Notes: a model not told the origin generated them from the sequence alone. DNA of 64,000 nt from Eledone cirrhosa (GCA_964016885.1 OZ024746.1:16802001-16866000), one strand, 5' to 3'; positions 14,601 to 27,283 are shown, counted from the first letter of the stretch. Translations and numbers: made by a program.

Positions 14601-17600
14601 AAAATTAGTTAATTTACTAAATTCCTAAAAATAATATGCAGTGTATCTCATTAGAAATATGGTAACAAAAGGGTTAAAAACCTTCCATCATAATTTTATG
14701 CAAGAACCTTTATTTAGTTACATTCCAAACTCCAGCTTAATAATGAGAAAATTAGTTAAATTACTAAATCCCTCTAAATTCTTGATTATTTTTAACATTA
14801 TTTGAAGTGTCTTTCACTAGAAATATGATAAAGGGTTAAACAAAATATTGGGTGAATTGTGTTAAAGGCTTCTAAAATACTCACCTGCTTTTATTAACAA
14901 CTTCCTGGACTGCATCTAAGTCTCCACAACGAAGACAGTAATAAATCACAGCCCAGACTGGGTGGCCATCTAATAATCCATCCTAAAAATAGATTTAAAA
15001 ACAAAATTATATTACGTTAATGAAATGAATTTTTCTATATTAAACAGGTAATTATTTCACTATTAAAGTAACAAAAACACTTTACATTATCAACTCTCTA
15101 CCATGACACCTATATAACAAGAGATGGTATCAAACACCTAACCTTTATCATGACCCCTGTGTAACAAAAGAGGGTATTAAATCTGTCTGTATTCTGTACA
15201 ACCACACTCAACTCCTAACCATCATCCCAACAAGACTCTTCACTGACATTTTCCCCTCTCCCTATAAATATAATGCGCATTTTAAAGTTAAAAGCAGGGG
15301 ATAGCCTTGCAAATCCCACCATAGGCTTCCTACACATCTTAGGGTCCTTTCTGAAGCCATATTTTATATCCAGGTGTCATTCCTCTTACCACACAGGTAA
15401 GATGTGTCTATTGTAAACACAGGTATATAATGTACGTGTTATAACACAGGTATATGTACCTATTGTAAACATACAGGTGTATGATATACCCATTGTAAAC
15501 ACAGGTATATGATGTACCTATTGTAAATATACAGGTATATGATGTATGTATTGTAAACACAGTATCATTCTCACTGTCAATGGATATCTTTAAAAATCAT
15601 ACTATATAATAAACAATAATTTCATAAACAAGAGACATTTGAAACCAAAGAGTCAAAACTTCAGCTTTTTTTTAAAGTGAAAACAGTCTGTTGTTTCTTT
15701 TTCATCACCACCATCATCTACTCTATCAATTAACAGACATTTCTAAATACTGTTGGCCTTAGTAGGGTTGAAGTCACGGTCAAGAATGTGGATCGTTTAA
15801 TTGTCAGCAGCTACCTAGCCCTTACATGGCTTTAGTGAAGTCCTCTCTGTTGCAAGGATTCAAACCAGGTCATTAATTAGAGGACACGTCAATTTTGGAG
15901 GCACTGAAAACGTCCATGGACACTGCACTTCCCTCCCGGTCTAAGTAGTAAAAACAAATAAAAACTAAGCTAGAGCTATTTGTTTCCTATCAAGTATTTG
16001 TTGCCAATATCCATTCTTTAACAAGTACCAAGTACTTCTTTTTCACCCACTTATTCCTGGGATGGTTGTGGGGACAGAGTTCTCAAACAATCCATACAGT
16101 GAGTTCTGTCAGAAGCAACCATCACCAACTGAGACCAGCAGAGCTCATGTATGTTATCCAACTATCTTGGCCAGGGTCTCTTGCCGATTCTTTCCTGAGA
16201 CATTCTAACTACATGCCTGTAATATTGGAGCTGGGATCTCTCAATTTGGAGAAGTACCAAGTGCGGAAAAAATATTAAGTTCCCTAAGTCTCTTATGATT
16301 TCATACAAATAAAATATATAATCACCTCTCCTCTCATGGGTGTAGGGTATTTAACATTCAAGAAACTCCTTATCAAACTGTAGGTGCCAGGTTTACCTCC
16401 ACGCTTAGCCTTGTACAAATTCTCATACACCATATTGGTGACATATTTTACATACCTGGAAATCAATCAGATAATATTCAACATCATTAACAACAACAAC
16501 ATACAGTAAAAATAAATTTTTTTAAATAGTGAAAACAACAAAAAATAATTTCAAAATATATTTAAGTTAGCAACAACAAAACTTAATAATTTGAAAGTGT
16601 AATAGTAAAGACAAATATCGAATGGTTGGCAGAGATATAGTTGTAGGTACAGGCATGACTGGGAGGCTAAGAAGGTTACTATGCAACCACATGGTTTCAA
16701 GTGGCACCTTGGGCAAAGAACTTTCTATTATAACCTCAGGCTGACTAATGCCTTCTAAGTGAAATTTGGCAGACGGAAGCTGGAAAATTCCAACATACAC
16801 ACACACATAAAAACACACTGTAAATGTGGTTGGCATTAGGAAGGACACCCAACCATAGAAACCAAGCCAGAAACAGTTCTGTATGAACAAAACACGGTCA
16901 CCTGATCTCTGACTTGTCTCACAATGGGACAACTCATCTAACCCATGCTAATGTGGAAAATGGACGTTAAATAGTGATGATGAAATGTGTGTGTTTGTTT
17001 CTACATGTCTTAAGAATGCTTTAAAATGTTAACACAGCTTGGAAGTTTGACGAATATCAGTGAAATAAGCACCAATACAGGTTAGTGCTAGAAAACTGCC
17101 ACATCCAACCCATGCCAGCATAGAAAAGAGAGTGTACAATGATGATGTTGATAGGGGTAGTAGTCGTAGTAAAAGGATTCAACTCACATGTGTTCAAGGT
17201 ATTTCCTAGCTTGACCTACAAATGCTTGGAGCAGTTTCTTATCTTGTCTTGCAGGCCCAGCACTAGATGTTACCATGGGAACATTCACCATAAATTCAAC
17301 CATAGACCACAATTTATCTATTACCAGCTGCAATAATATATACCACAATACAATAATATATACCACAATACATTAATATAGACTACAATATAATAATATA
17401 GACAACACAATACAATAATATATTGTATTGTGGTCTAATACAAAAACATTCTATACAACAGTATTTAAAGGAAGGTGACTTACCTTATCCCCTAAAGAAT
17501 TAGCAGCTTCCATGAATAAATCTTGTAAACTTAGACGAATGCCACCTTCAAGGACTTTTTTGTTATATATATATACCTGCAAATTAAAAAAACAATGTCA

Positions 17601-20600
17601 CAATACTTATAAGGAAGTCTCCAAAATATGAAAGTTATTTTCTCTGTTATAAGTAATAACGCTGCTTTAGTTAAAAATATAGTGAAGGTGTTTGGCAAAG
17701 TGGTGGTGTTATGACAATAAGATTGCGAGTTTGATCCCTGTATTGGGTGGCACGAGTAAAACATTTCATTAAACATTGCTGCAGTCAGTTCAACTTTAAA
17801 CAATTACCAGTAATAGTAACTGAGAGCTAACCCTTTTTTTACCGTATTTCTAATGAAATATGCTGCCTATGTGTATCAATTCATTTTGAAAATTTAGTGG
17901 AATTTAATAAAATAACCTTTTCATTAGTAAGCTGTTTGAAATATTACTTAAGAAAAGTTTCTTAAATAAAACTATGATAGGTTGTAATATGAATAGTTGT
18001 GTATAGGCAGTTTCATGTGGATTGAAATGAAAAGGGTTAAATTTGCTATAAATTGTCTCCCCATCCAAAAGGCAGTCTCTATGTATATCATAATGACATT
18101 GTTTAAACAGCTGGTGCTATGTGGGTTATATCCCACATAAACAATATGTTTCTCAGCTTCTGGTGATAATGTTAATGAAACAATGTTGAAAACCTATTTC
18201 TGTTTGACTTCAAATTTATTTTAAATACTTTAAAAAGGGGAAAATATTAAAAAGTACCTGACTAGCATAAGCCATCTCTACACTGTTCAAGGCACTGCGA
18301 CCTTGCATACTTATAGCATCTGATAATAAGCTTTGCTGCAATGGAAAAAAAGAAGAGAATTGTTACCTTCCTGACAATAAACAAAATCATTAGTAAAAAA
18401 AAAAAGGCTATAAAACAACATAAATTATGATAAAAATGCAAACAATATATAACCTAAAGTTAGCAATAATCTCATTAGTTTTAATATTAGTTAAGGGAAT
18501 AGTTGATCCTGCTGAGGTCAATCTCACTTTTCATCCTTCTAGCATTAATAAAATATAGTACCAGTCATGTACTGGTGTTGATTTAATCAACTTTACCTTT
18601 ACCTCATATTTTCTGGCTTTTTGTTTAAATCAATATTTGTTAAGAGATCAGTCACCATATAACACAACTGTTTTAAGGTCATTTTCTCTGCTAAATCAGG
18701 GGTTATCCTCAATAAGCTTCTCCATTTTATATTTATCATTCCTACACCTCCGCCATCTTTAGCCAAGTCTTTTTGTCTTCCTCTACTTCCTTCCACATTC
18801 ATTTCCATGATTTTTCACATGTAGTCACTTTCATCCTTCCTCAACACATGACCCAACCACCACGTTCTATTTCTCTTCACTCTTCAATCATCACTGGCTC
18901 TATTCCCATCATCTTCTGCAATGCATTGTCTGTCTTCCTCTCTCTTAACTGGGATTTTATTTTATTGACCCCCTTCCCCACTACTCCAGAAGGATTAAAG
19001 GGAATTCACCACCTATTCCTAGCAACTCTGCCAATTCACCACATATTCCCTAGCAACTGCCAATCACCATCTATCCCCTAGCAAAACAATAAAAATGAAA
19101 GAGGACCAAAAATGTGTCAAATCATTAGAGGAAAAAACTCACCTCAGTTTCCTGAGAATAATCCAACATTTGATGTCCTGTTCCTAATAAAGCATTCAAC
19201 ATTTTCTGTTTTTCTCTTTCCCACTCCTCTTCCATTGATCCCCACAGTCTTTGTTCACAAGTCTCTAAAGTCTGCAACACACAAACAAAAACAGAAAAAC
19301 CTTAGATCAGAATATTACAAACTTTTCACATTGGCAACAAACATTTTAAAAATAAAATCCTTCATGGTATATTAATAAGTTTTATTAATGACTTAAAATT
19401 ACAGCAATTAATAAATAAACAATTAACTCTTTCATTGATTAAATCAATCAACAAGATCCCAAACCTCATTTGCACACTGAGTGGTGTGGAACTTGTCAAA
19501 GTGGATCAAGAAAACAGTGTTTCCATTGTTCATATTATCTACCAATCACAAGTCCTGGCAGAAATAGTTAAAGAAATCATTATTATATTTCTAATGAAAG
19601 ATACTGCTTAAGATTTACAAATAATTTTGAATTAAGAATTTGTAAGAATTTAGCAAAATAAGTAACTTTCTCATTATTAAGCTAATGTTTCGAGTATAAC
19701 TTTATTAAGCTAATGTTTGGAGTATAACTTAACAAAGGTTCTTACATAATATTTTGATGGGAGGTTTTTAGATAAATGTAAACACTTTATAAGCAGTTTT
19801 GTATCACAGAACTAGAGGGAGGTGCAGTATCAGGGTTTTCAGTATTAAAAGGATTAACAAAATATGACTAACATTATCACATAATGATATATTCACTTAC
19901 ATTTTTCCGGGCTTTTTCAATGACAGTAAGTAAAGCGTTCTCTCGTTCATTTTTAAGGAATCCCTAAAGAAAATATTAACAATGTAAAAGTTATTTAACC
20001 CTTTAGTGTTCAAACTGGCCAAAACTGGCCAGAATTCTCTACCTCTTTCTGTTGAAACTGGCTGTAACTGGCCACTCATACTGATGTTAAGGTATTGTTC
20101 TCAAAGGGAATACTTTCAAAATCTCATAGATTCGATATTATGTAAGATAAGTATGCGAGGTAAAGCATTTACCATGAAAATATAATAGTATATATAGAAT
20201 AATGTGAATGCTAAAGGGTTAAGCAATGGCATCAATTGTTCAATTAAGTCACTAAAAACAAATGGATTAATATGGAGAAATGGTTTGTATTTATTTTGAA
20301 TATGGACATGAAGAACAAATAATCAATTAATATTGATTATAATAAACATTACCTCAATATCTGTGTCTCGCACAGGTTCAAGGGGTTCAAATGCTTTCTT
20401 AGCTGTCAATGTGTCCAGACGTTGGGAGACTTTAGAGACATCATATCCTTGACTTCCAAGTACCAGAGAACTACAAAGATGAGAAATAGAATGCTGAATA
20501 CAGTTTGTTTGCCATTTTCTTATAATCCTACTCTATTTTAGCATGAATGAGATAATCACTGAATATCTAAATATTTACATTTTGTTGGAACATGTTATAA

Positions 20601-22045
20601 TGATGTGTATCTGGTTAACAATAGCTATACTGTATCCCTGTGTGTATCTGGATTAGAATAGGTTCACTGTCTTCCTGCATGTCGTAAACAGCAACTAAAA
20701 ACATTAGTATCAGAAAAGGCTTCCGGCTGTAAAACACTGCCTCAAAAAGTCCCGTCAAACCCATGTCAGTATAGAAAAGTCAACATAAAAACGATGATGA
20801 TGATGCTCTTTAATATATGGATGTCTTTCTTATTGTTAAAGACACATCTGTGAGGTTATCATCATCATTGTTTATGCAGGACACAAACATCACCGCTAGC
20901 AGTGTCAAATGCAAAGTGAAGACAAAGACAAACATACACACACATATATTATCATTTTTACCTCAGTTTTATTCCATACCAGCATAGGTTGGCAGCTCTT
21001 CTACAGTTGAATGCCTTTGAATGCCTTTCCTGATGCCAATCCATACTTTATTTAGACATTTTGACATAATGTTATGCTGCAGGATATATTGTTTACACAG
21101 GACTTAAACAAACGTCACTGGTTGTTTTAAGTGTTGATGGCAAACCAACACATTTAAACTCATATCAATTATTGATACACTATTCTTTTCAGTTTCCATC
21201 TACTAAATTACCCTAAAAGACATTGAACTAAGAATGTAAATTATTATCACCCATGTAGTCTGAGTCAAGCAGGTTTTAGTACTTTACCTACAGACACAGC
21301 ACATTAGATTCAGCAAGGCTTGACTGAACTCATGACCATAGGGTTAGATATTAAACTCTAAGCAACAAGGATATATCTTATATACATATCTGTATAGAAA
21401 CAATTCAAGATTTAACCAAAGCTGTGTAAAGGGAGAGAGAGGCCTTCAGCCATGACTGACCATGAGAGCTCCTCCTCTCCAAGGTACAATGTTTTATAGA
21501 AGACCAGCAGTCACCCAAGCATGTTAGTCTTCCTTCTTCATGCCACCAATGTTATCCAAGAAAAAAGCATAACTTATTTTTTCCAGCTGAGAGGACTTGA
21601 GTAACTTGAAATAAAGTGTCTTACTCAAGGACATAATGTGCTGCCAGGCTCAGGAATCAAACTCTCACCATTCCAATGCTCTAACCACTAAAGCTGTATA
21701 CATGTGTACTGAATGTTACTGAGAACAACTCTCACATGCCATAGAAGATTGGAATGGGTGGAGAATCTGAGTAATACAAATCTGAGCAAACTTAACCAGA
21801 TGATGATGATGATGATGATGAAAACAAAATGAGAAAAGAATCCTAAGAGATAGAACTACTTACGCTTTTACTTTCATAGTTTCCTTGTTGACAGGTGCTA
21901 CTTGTGATAACAGGGTTTGACATTCTTTAAGAATCTGCCGTGGATTACGTTCTACTCGTGGAAGGTCCATCCCAATATCCAATTCAGCTGTCATTTGTTC
22001 GGCCTGCTGCAGCAGGTCACCAAAACCTCCTCCGTCAATATTCAT
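2866..22045 (-). CDS. NUP93: Nuclear pore complex protein Nup93 (Nic96 family), 23 coding exons, 821 aa
   Basis: The manually spliced product starts [24 protein letters not shown], contains [55 protein letters not shown] and [14 protein letters not shown], and ends [15 protein letters not shown]. All are collinear with animal NUP93 as I recall it. All introns are GT-AG and exon lengths sum to 2466 nt. Confidence 0.97.
3582..3639 (-). CDS. NUP93: NUP93 coding exon 22
   Basis: [19 protein letters not shown]; 58 nt; restores phase between flanking exons; poorly conserved loop. Confidence 0.8.
4524..4594 (-). CDS. NUP93: NUP93 coding exon 21
   Basis: [23 protein letters not shown]; 71 nt. Confidence 0.92.
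5125..5445. repeat. 48-bp minisatellite, ~6.7 copies, in a NUP93 intron
   Basis: Unit TTTTGTCATGGCAGCAACACTACCACCTTACAGAGTGTACCAAGTACR; explains the three overlapping repetitive ORFs. Confidence 0.95.
5770..5980. repeat. Degenerate ~29-31-bp tandem repeat
   Basis: Recurring TTTTTAAxCAAGTACAACA..TAGTATTG units. Confidence 0.75.
5994..6077 (-). CDS. NUP93: NUP93 coding exon 20
   Basis: [28 protein letters not shown]; 84 nt. Confidence 0.92.
6993..7110 (-). CDS. NUP93: NUP93 coding exon 19
   Basis: [39 protein letters not shown]; 118 nt. Confidence 0.93.
7457..7575 (-). CDS. NUP93: NUP93 coding exon 18
   Basis: [39 protein letters not shown]; 119 nt. Confidence 0.93.
8008..8187 (+). mobile_element. 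tRNA-derived SINE, family A (other copies ~1556-1652 -, 12430-12625 +, 34090-34190 +, 41143-41272 +, 53358-53510 +, 59609-59790 +, 60958-61068 -)
   Basis: TGGCAGTATCGG A-box-like and GAGTTCAAATCC B-box motifs, central GCCTTTCATCCTTACGGGGTCGATAAAATAAAGTACC, tail GGCCTTGTGCCTAAAGTAGAAACAATT; repeated many times in the window. Confidence 0.85.
8331..8447 (-). CDS. NUP93: NUP93 coding exon 17
   Basis: [39 protein letters not shown]; 117 nt. Confidence 0.93.
8638..8820. repeat. 80-bp tandem duplication (~2.3 copies)
   Basis: GAATATAACTTAACAAAGGT recurs at 8641, 8721 and 8801 with near-identical intervening sequence. Confidence 0.9.
8878..8922 (-). CDS. NUP93: NUP93 coding exon 16
   Basis: [15 protein letters not shown]; 45 nt. 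Confidence 0.9.
9235..9307 (-). CDS. NUP93: NUP93 coding exon 15
   Basis: [24 protein letters not shown]; 73 nt. Confidence 0.92.
10125..10251 (-). CDS. NUP93: NUP93 coding exon 14
   Basis: [41 protein letters not shown]; 127 nt. Confidence 0.94.
10395..10662. mobile_element. piggyBac-type MITE (related copies ~14460-14838, 17830-18040, 19560-19856, 22097-22352, 40310-40518, 42073-42310; a second family at 19995-20222)
   Basis: TTAA|CCCTTT...AAAGGG|TTAA termini (TTAA target duplication, CCC/GGG ends) and shared internal AT-rich sequence. Confidence 0.7.
11319..11510 (-). CDS. NUP93: NUP93 coding exon 13
   Basis: [26 protein letters not shown]...[15 protein letters not shown]; 192 nt. Confidence 0.94.
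12667..12842 (-). CDS. NUP93: NUP93 coding exon 12
   Basis: [10 protein letters not shown]...[15 protein letters not shown]...LLYEEYG; 176 nt. Confidence 0.94.
13130..13375. repeat. Degenerate ~40-60-bp tandem repeat
   Basis: Recurring GTTGACACTGAGCAACTAAC...CTATTGTA. Confidence 0.7.
13610..13687 (-). CDS. NUP93: NUP93 coding exon 11
   Basis: [25 protein letters not shown]; 78 nt. Confidence 0.92.
14100..14156 (-). CDS. NUP93: NUP93 coding exon 10
   Basis: [18 protein letters not shown]; 57 nt; donor AG|gtttgt. Confidence 0.85.
14885..14982 (-). CDS. NUP93: NUP93 coding exon 9
   Basis: [32 protein letters not shown]; 98 nt. Confidence 0.94.
15395..15562. repeat. ~29-31-bp degenerate tandem repeat
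   Basis: Recurring TATTGTAAACACAGGTATATGATGTAC. Confidence 0.75.
16326..16455 (-). CDS. NUP93: NUP93 coding exon 8
   Basis: [43 protein letters not shown]; 130 nt. Confidence 0.91.
17188..17327 (-). CDS. NUP93: NUP93 coding exon 7
   Basis: [18 protein letters not shown]...[11 protein letters not shown]; 140 nt. Confidence 0.9.
17484..17576 (-). CDS. NUP93: NUP93 coding exon 6
   Basis: [31 protein letters not shown]; 93 nt. Confidence 0.9.
18258..18335 (-). CDS. NUP93: NUP93 coding exon 5
   Basis: [26 protein letters not shown]; 78 nt. Confidence 0.9.
19143..19271 (-). CDS. NUP93: NUP93 coding exon 4
   Basis: [30 protein letters not shown]...SQETE; 129 nt. Confidence 0.92.
19901..19963 (-). 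CDS. NUP93: NUP93 coding exon 3
   Basis: [21 protein letters not shown]; 63 nt. Confidence 0.93.
20353..20470 (-). CDS. NUP93: NUP93 coding exon 2
   Basis: [39 protein letters not shown]; 118 nt. Confidence 0.93.
21864..22045 (-). CDS. NUP93: NUP93 coding exon 1 (ATG at 22045; acceptor at ~22075)
   Basis: [23 protein letters not shown]...KVKA; donor GC|gtaagt; 182 nt. Confidence 0.93.
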
Positions 22046-22724
22046 CTTGGATTTTTTGTATTAAACAAACTCAACTGGAATAAATGAAAACATTTATTAA
22101 CTCTTTCATTATTTTACTTTTAACAAAAGATACTGTTTGTCATTTTTGCACAATTTTGAAAATATTTAAGAATTTGAAGGTATTCAGTCATATAACTGAT
22201 TTTCTCATTATTTATCAGGTATTTAGAAGATAACTTAAAAGTTTTTAACAAAGTTCTGATGAAGGATTTTAGATAAATATAAACACTTTAAAAGAAACAG
22301 CAGTGTATTACAGAACCAAGGACAGTTCCAGGTGGTTTGGTATCAAATGGTATAATGTAACATTTATATAGTTATTATAATATATTTCTTCAATACTTTA
22401 TTTCTGAGATTTAATGCAAATATATGTTAAATTAAGAGAAATTCAGGGAACCAAGTTAAAAATTTCGTCGTTAAATATCAAAAGTAGGGGAATTATGTTG
22501 GACTATGGAATCCTGGACATTGTTTTAGAAAAGTCGTTGATAGCATGGAAACAGTAGAGAGGGCATTTAGATGGCTTTGGTTCACCAGTGAGATCAGTAG
22601 AATACCACTTGGACACAAGTATGTGTCTGTTGTAAGGCTTGAAACATCCAGTGGTAGATGGATACAACATTGATGATCTAGAAATAGGCAACTTCAATCC
22701 CCAGTCAACAAGCCATATTATATA

Positions 22725-22782
<58 letters not shown>

Positions 22783-22803
22783 TAGTTTAGATGTGCCTTT
22801 GCA

Positions 22804-22888
22804 CATATCTGATGAGATGTCGAAAAAGATTCGGGCACAATTACCTTGATTGTACCGAGCTGATCGATATTGAAACAATTGTAATATG
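22804..22888 (+). ncRNA. Minimal type-I hammerhead ribozyme motif with extended helix II
   Basis: CATAT-CTGATGA(22809-15)-GATGTCGA..TCGATATT-GAAA(22872-75)-CAATTG palindrome-TA-ATATG. Confidence 0.75.
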
Positions 22889-22936
22889 CAAATAAGTTTG
22901 TACATATGCTGCAACACTGACTTCGATTCTTTTAAA

Positions 22937-22993
<57 letters not shown>

Positions 22994-23111
22994 ATGATAT
23001 TAATAAATGGAAACTATATTTATAAAACCATATTTATTCTATTATTTCGGTAAAACTTGAACTGTTAAGATCTCGTTCCTGGGTATGTTAATATTTATAA
23101 AACAAACTTTG

Positions 23112-23172
23112 TATTTTATCTGATGAGAGCGTACCAAAGTTTTGGTACCCTTGAAATATATATAATAGAATA
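23112..23172 (+). ncRNA. Minimal type-I hammerhead ribozyme motif
   Basis: TATTTTAT-CTGATGA(23120-26)-GAGCGTACCAA agtt TTGGTACCCTT-GAAA-TATATA-TA-ATAGAATA. Confidence 0.75.
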
Positions 23173-23473
23173 AATATGGTTTTATAAACATAGTTTCCAT
23201 TTATTAATATCATTGTTATTATACTCCAGAAAATCTGTTGAGTGCTTCGAATCAGTTATAAATATATACATTTGTAGAATTACCAACAAATTAAATATCC
23301 CTTTGCTTATATATAAAATATATAACATATATATATATATAATTAGAAAGTGTACAACACAATATATAACTACTCCATTGATGGAGTAGTTATATATTAT
23401 GTTGTTCATTTTCTAATTAAATAGCACTCTTTTTTCCTTTGCTTTTTCTTCGGAAATACTTAACTCAGATTAC

Positions 23474-23519
<46 letters not shown>

Positions 23520-23565
23520 TCAGATTACATGTGTGTGTATATATATATATATATACTCAGATTAC

Positions 23566-23631
<66 letters not shown>

Positions 23632-24111
23632 TCAGATCACATGTATATATATATATATACACACACACCTGTCTATACATATCTCTCTATATAGATATAT
23701 CTACCTATATATATCGATACAGACACAAATGATTCAAAACCTTTCAGAGTTTATATTTATAAAACTTTTACTTGATGGTAAATGATGTTAAGTAGGAAAC
23801 AGCAACCTGTATGAAGTATGTCAAAATGGTACCCCAACAGGTGATTAAGTAAGATTTCTGAAAAGCCAATATAAGTAAAGATTTTGATCACGACTAAACA
23901 ATGAAAAGTGTGTAACATTTCACATAAGTAATGTAACTATTTGAAGATTATAAAGTCTTTTTAGCTTACAATTCTTCCTCTTTCCACCCACTTAGTCAAG
24001 AGGTGAAGGAAAACTTTGGCGAGAAAAAAAAAAAGAATGCGATGTTGATAAAAGACGTATAAATAGTTAATTACGGGGATGTTAAATAGATTTCGGTTAC
24101 AATTAACTTCC

Positions 24112-24175
<64 letters not shown>

Positions 24176-24548
24176 TAAGTATCGCACAAAAATGTTATAT
24201 TTCAAAATATGAAAAAGCGAGGGAGACTATTTAGAATTAACTAACTGAAAATAGTAAATAGACAAGACATTGATTGTGAACTACCAGTGATTCCCCGGCA
24301 AATATAAAGTCGGAAACTAAATTTGATCAAGTCAAAATTAAATATAACTTAACACAAAAGAACCACGCTGCTTCAAGAGAAAAATAAATAAATAAAATAT
24401 ACACAAGCATTGGAAGGACCGGCTACTTATAAATTAAAGATCGAACGGTAAGGGCTGACAAGTAAATATCGGAAAATAACAAAAGAAATCACTGAAAGTA
24501 CAAAGCTTATAATATGTTGTAATAAATATTATAACTAGAATAACTTAC

Positions 24549-24620
24549 ATGTAATAATAAAAGGTAGATTTCCCACTTCACACGATTTCAATTTGTCAAG
24601 AAACCGCCATACACGCTGTT
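24549..24620 (-). promoter_or_regulatory. NUP93: Probable non-coding first exon / TSS region of NUP93
   Basis: The ATG exon is preceded by a splice acceptor (ttttcatttattccag), so an upstream exon is needed. Here the minus strand has a YY1-like ATGGCGG motif followed about 55 nt later by a perfect AT|gtaagt donor. Confidence 0.55.
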
Positions 24621-25014
24621 ATTTGAAACATAACTTTATTGTTAAAGAGTTCCTATCCTAAGGAAACATAACCAAAAACGTTAAAAAAAATTTTTAAATG
24701 CTTTTCTCTCTAATAAGAATTATTTCCACAATTAGCCTCCCTTTTTAAAGCTAAAAAAAAAAACGATTAAATAGTATCAACGTTTATATTTTATTTTATT
24801 CTTTCTGTGTTTACAATATTTGTAAAAGAGATAGAAACATTTACTTTTATATTCTAATATCCCCTTTAATTTTTAGTCAATGCGAACAAATCTTAAATTA
24901 TGAAAATGTTTTTTCTCTATAACAAAATTATGTATTCACTGAATATATACGTATAATTATTTATTACTATATTGTTTTAGGTAAATAACATTTTGTGTGC
25001 AAGTTTATTTCTTA

Positions 25015-27088
25015 CTAGCAGTGGTACCCGGTGTTGCACGGGATAAGGTATTTTGGAACGTGGGTCGCCAACAGACCTAATCATGGAAAAACTGCATACC
25101 TGGACAATATGTAAAGAAAATAAACCGAATACTCTGATGGCTGGATAATCTTTAAGATTTTCCTCGATGAAGCTGAAAAAATGCCGGTTTTCACCTAATG
25201 CGGGCCCTAGGGGATCAAGAAAATGATTTTTTTTTTTCGTGCATAATATGCCTTGAAATTTCGGGAAAATCGGCTAGACGTAACGCCTCAAAAAAGCCCC
25301 CAAAAGCTGAAAAAAATGAAGTTTTTCACCTTTGTTCACAGTATGAAGAAGAAACTGACTAATAAATAGTTACAATTTCAAGGAAATCGGTCTAACGTAA
25401 AAAAAACCTAAAAAGCTGAAAAAAACGCAGTTTTTCCCTTAATGCGGGCCCCAGGGGATCAAAAAGTTGATTTTTTTATGTGCATAACACTCCCTGAAAC
25501 ATGAGTAATACACATGTAAAGTTTGAAAAAAATCGGCTGGGTACTTCTCGAGTTTTAGGGATTCAAACTCACAGACACATACACACACACACAGACAGAC
25601 ATCCTCAGTTTTATATATATAGACTAGCGTTGCACGGGAAAAGGTATTTTGGAAGGCGGGCCGCCAACAGACCTAATCGTGGAAAAACTGCATGCCTGGA
25701 CAATATGTAAAGAAAATAAACTGAATACTCTGATACCTGGATAATCTTTAAGATTTTCCTCGATGAAGCAGGAAAAATGCAGGTTTTCAGCTAATGTTGG
25801 CCCTAGGGGATAAAAAAAATGAATTTTTTTTTATCTGCATAATATGCCTTGAAATTTCGGGAATATCGGCTAGATGTAACGCCTCCAAAAAGCCCTAAAA
25901 AGCTGAAAAAAATGAAGTTTTTCACTTATGCGGGCCCTAGGCCATAAAAAGGTTGGATTTTCTTTGCTCACTGTATGAAGAAGAGACTGACTAATACATA
26001 GTTACAATTTCAAGGAAATCGGTCTGACGTAACGCCTCAAAAAAGTCCTAAAAAGCTTTAAAAAACGCAGTTTTTCACCTAATGCTGAAAGTTGAATGTT
26101 TTTATGTGCATAACACTCCCTGAAACATAAGTAATACACATGTAAAGTTTGAAAAAATCGATTGGGTACTTCTCGAGTTTTAGGGATTCAAACTCACACA
26201 CACACAGACATCCTCAGGGAAGTGACGTAATGCAGACAGCCAGATATTATAAGGACGCGACGTTATATGTATGTATCTATCTAAAAAGAGAAAGACTTAG
26301 AATTATAGAGAGAGATCGCTAAATCGCCTAATGTAGTCCCTAGGGCATTGAAAATTTGAAAAATATTTTGCTCAGAACACTCCCTGAAACATAAGTATTA
26401 CATGTGTAAAGTTTGAAAACAGTCGGTTGGGTGGTTCTCGAGTTTTAGGGATTCAAACTCACACACACACAAACAGACATCCTCAGTTTTATATATATAG
26501 ACTAGCAGAAAACCACTCAGTGGGCGGTTTTCTGCTAGCAAATCTAGTGTATATACTGATGTTGTTGAGATTTGGATGAGAAATGTTTTCGGCACCACAT
26601 GTTCACCGTCTCTCGGTGTGTCTTTTATGCATGTATAAATATATATGTTATCTATACGGTGAAATCTTTGAAATAAATAGATGTTAAAACGAAAAAGGAG
26701 AAAAAGAGATTAGTGACGGAAATATAAACGTTATGATATATAAACGTTATGATATAACGATGGAAATATATAAACGTTTACGATAAAACGATGGAAATAG
26801 AAACGTTTATATATAATGATAAGCCGAAACACTGGTAAGCCGAAACACTCGTAAAGCGAAACGTATAAATAAAGATTAATGTAATTAATTCGAAAAACAT
26901 AGAGATTTGAAACCGCGTCTATTTGTTTCCTTGGCATTTTTTACAGACGGACAGACAGACAAACAAACAGAGAAATGCCCATTATATATTATAAGTAGAT
27001 AACGTTGCGCCCTTATAAGATCTGTCTGTATGTCTGGGTGTCTGCATTACGACATTATGACGCGGTGTGTGCGTGTATGTGTATGTGT

Positions 27089-27141
<53 letters not shown>

Positions 27142-27189
27142 GTGTATATATATATATATATTACACACACAGAAATGTATATATATTTC

Positions 27190-27224
<35 letters not shown>

Positions 27225-27252
27225 TACACACACAGAAATGTATATATATTTC

Positions 27253-27283
<31 letters not shown>

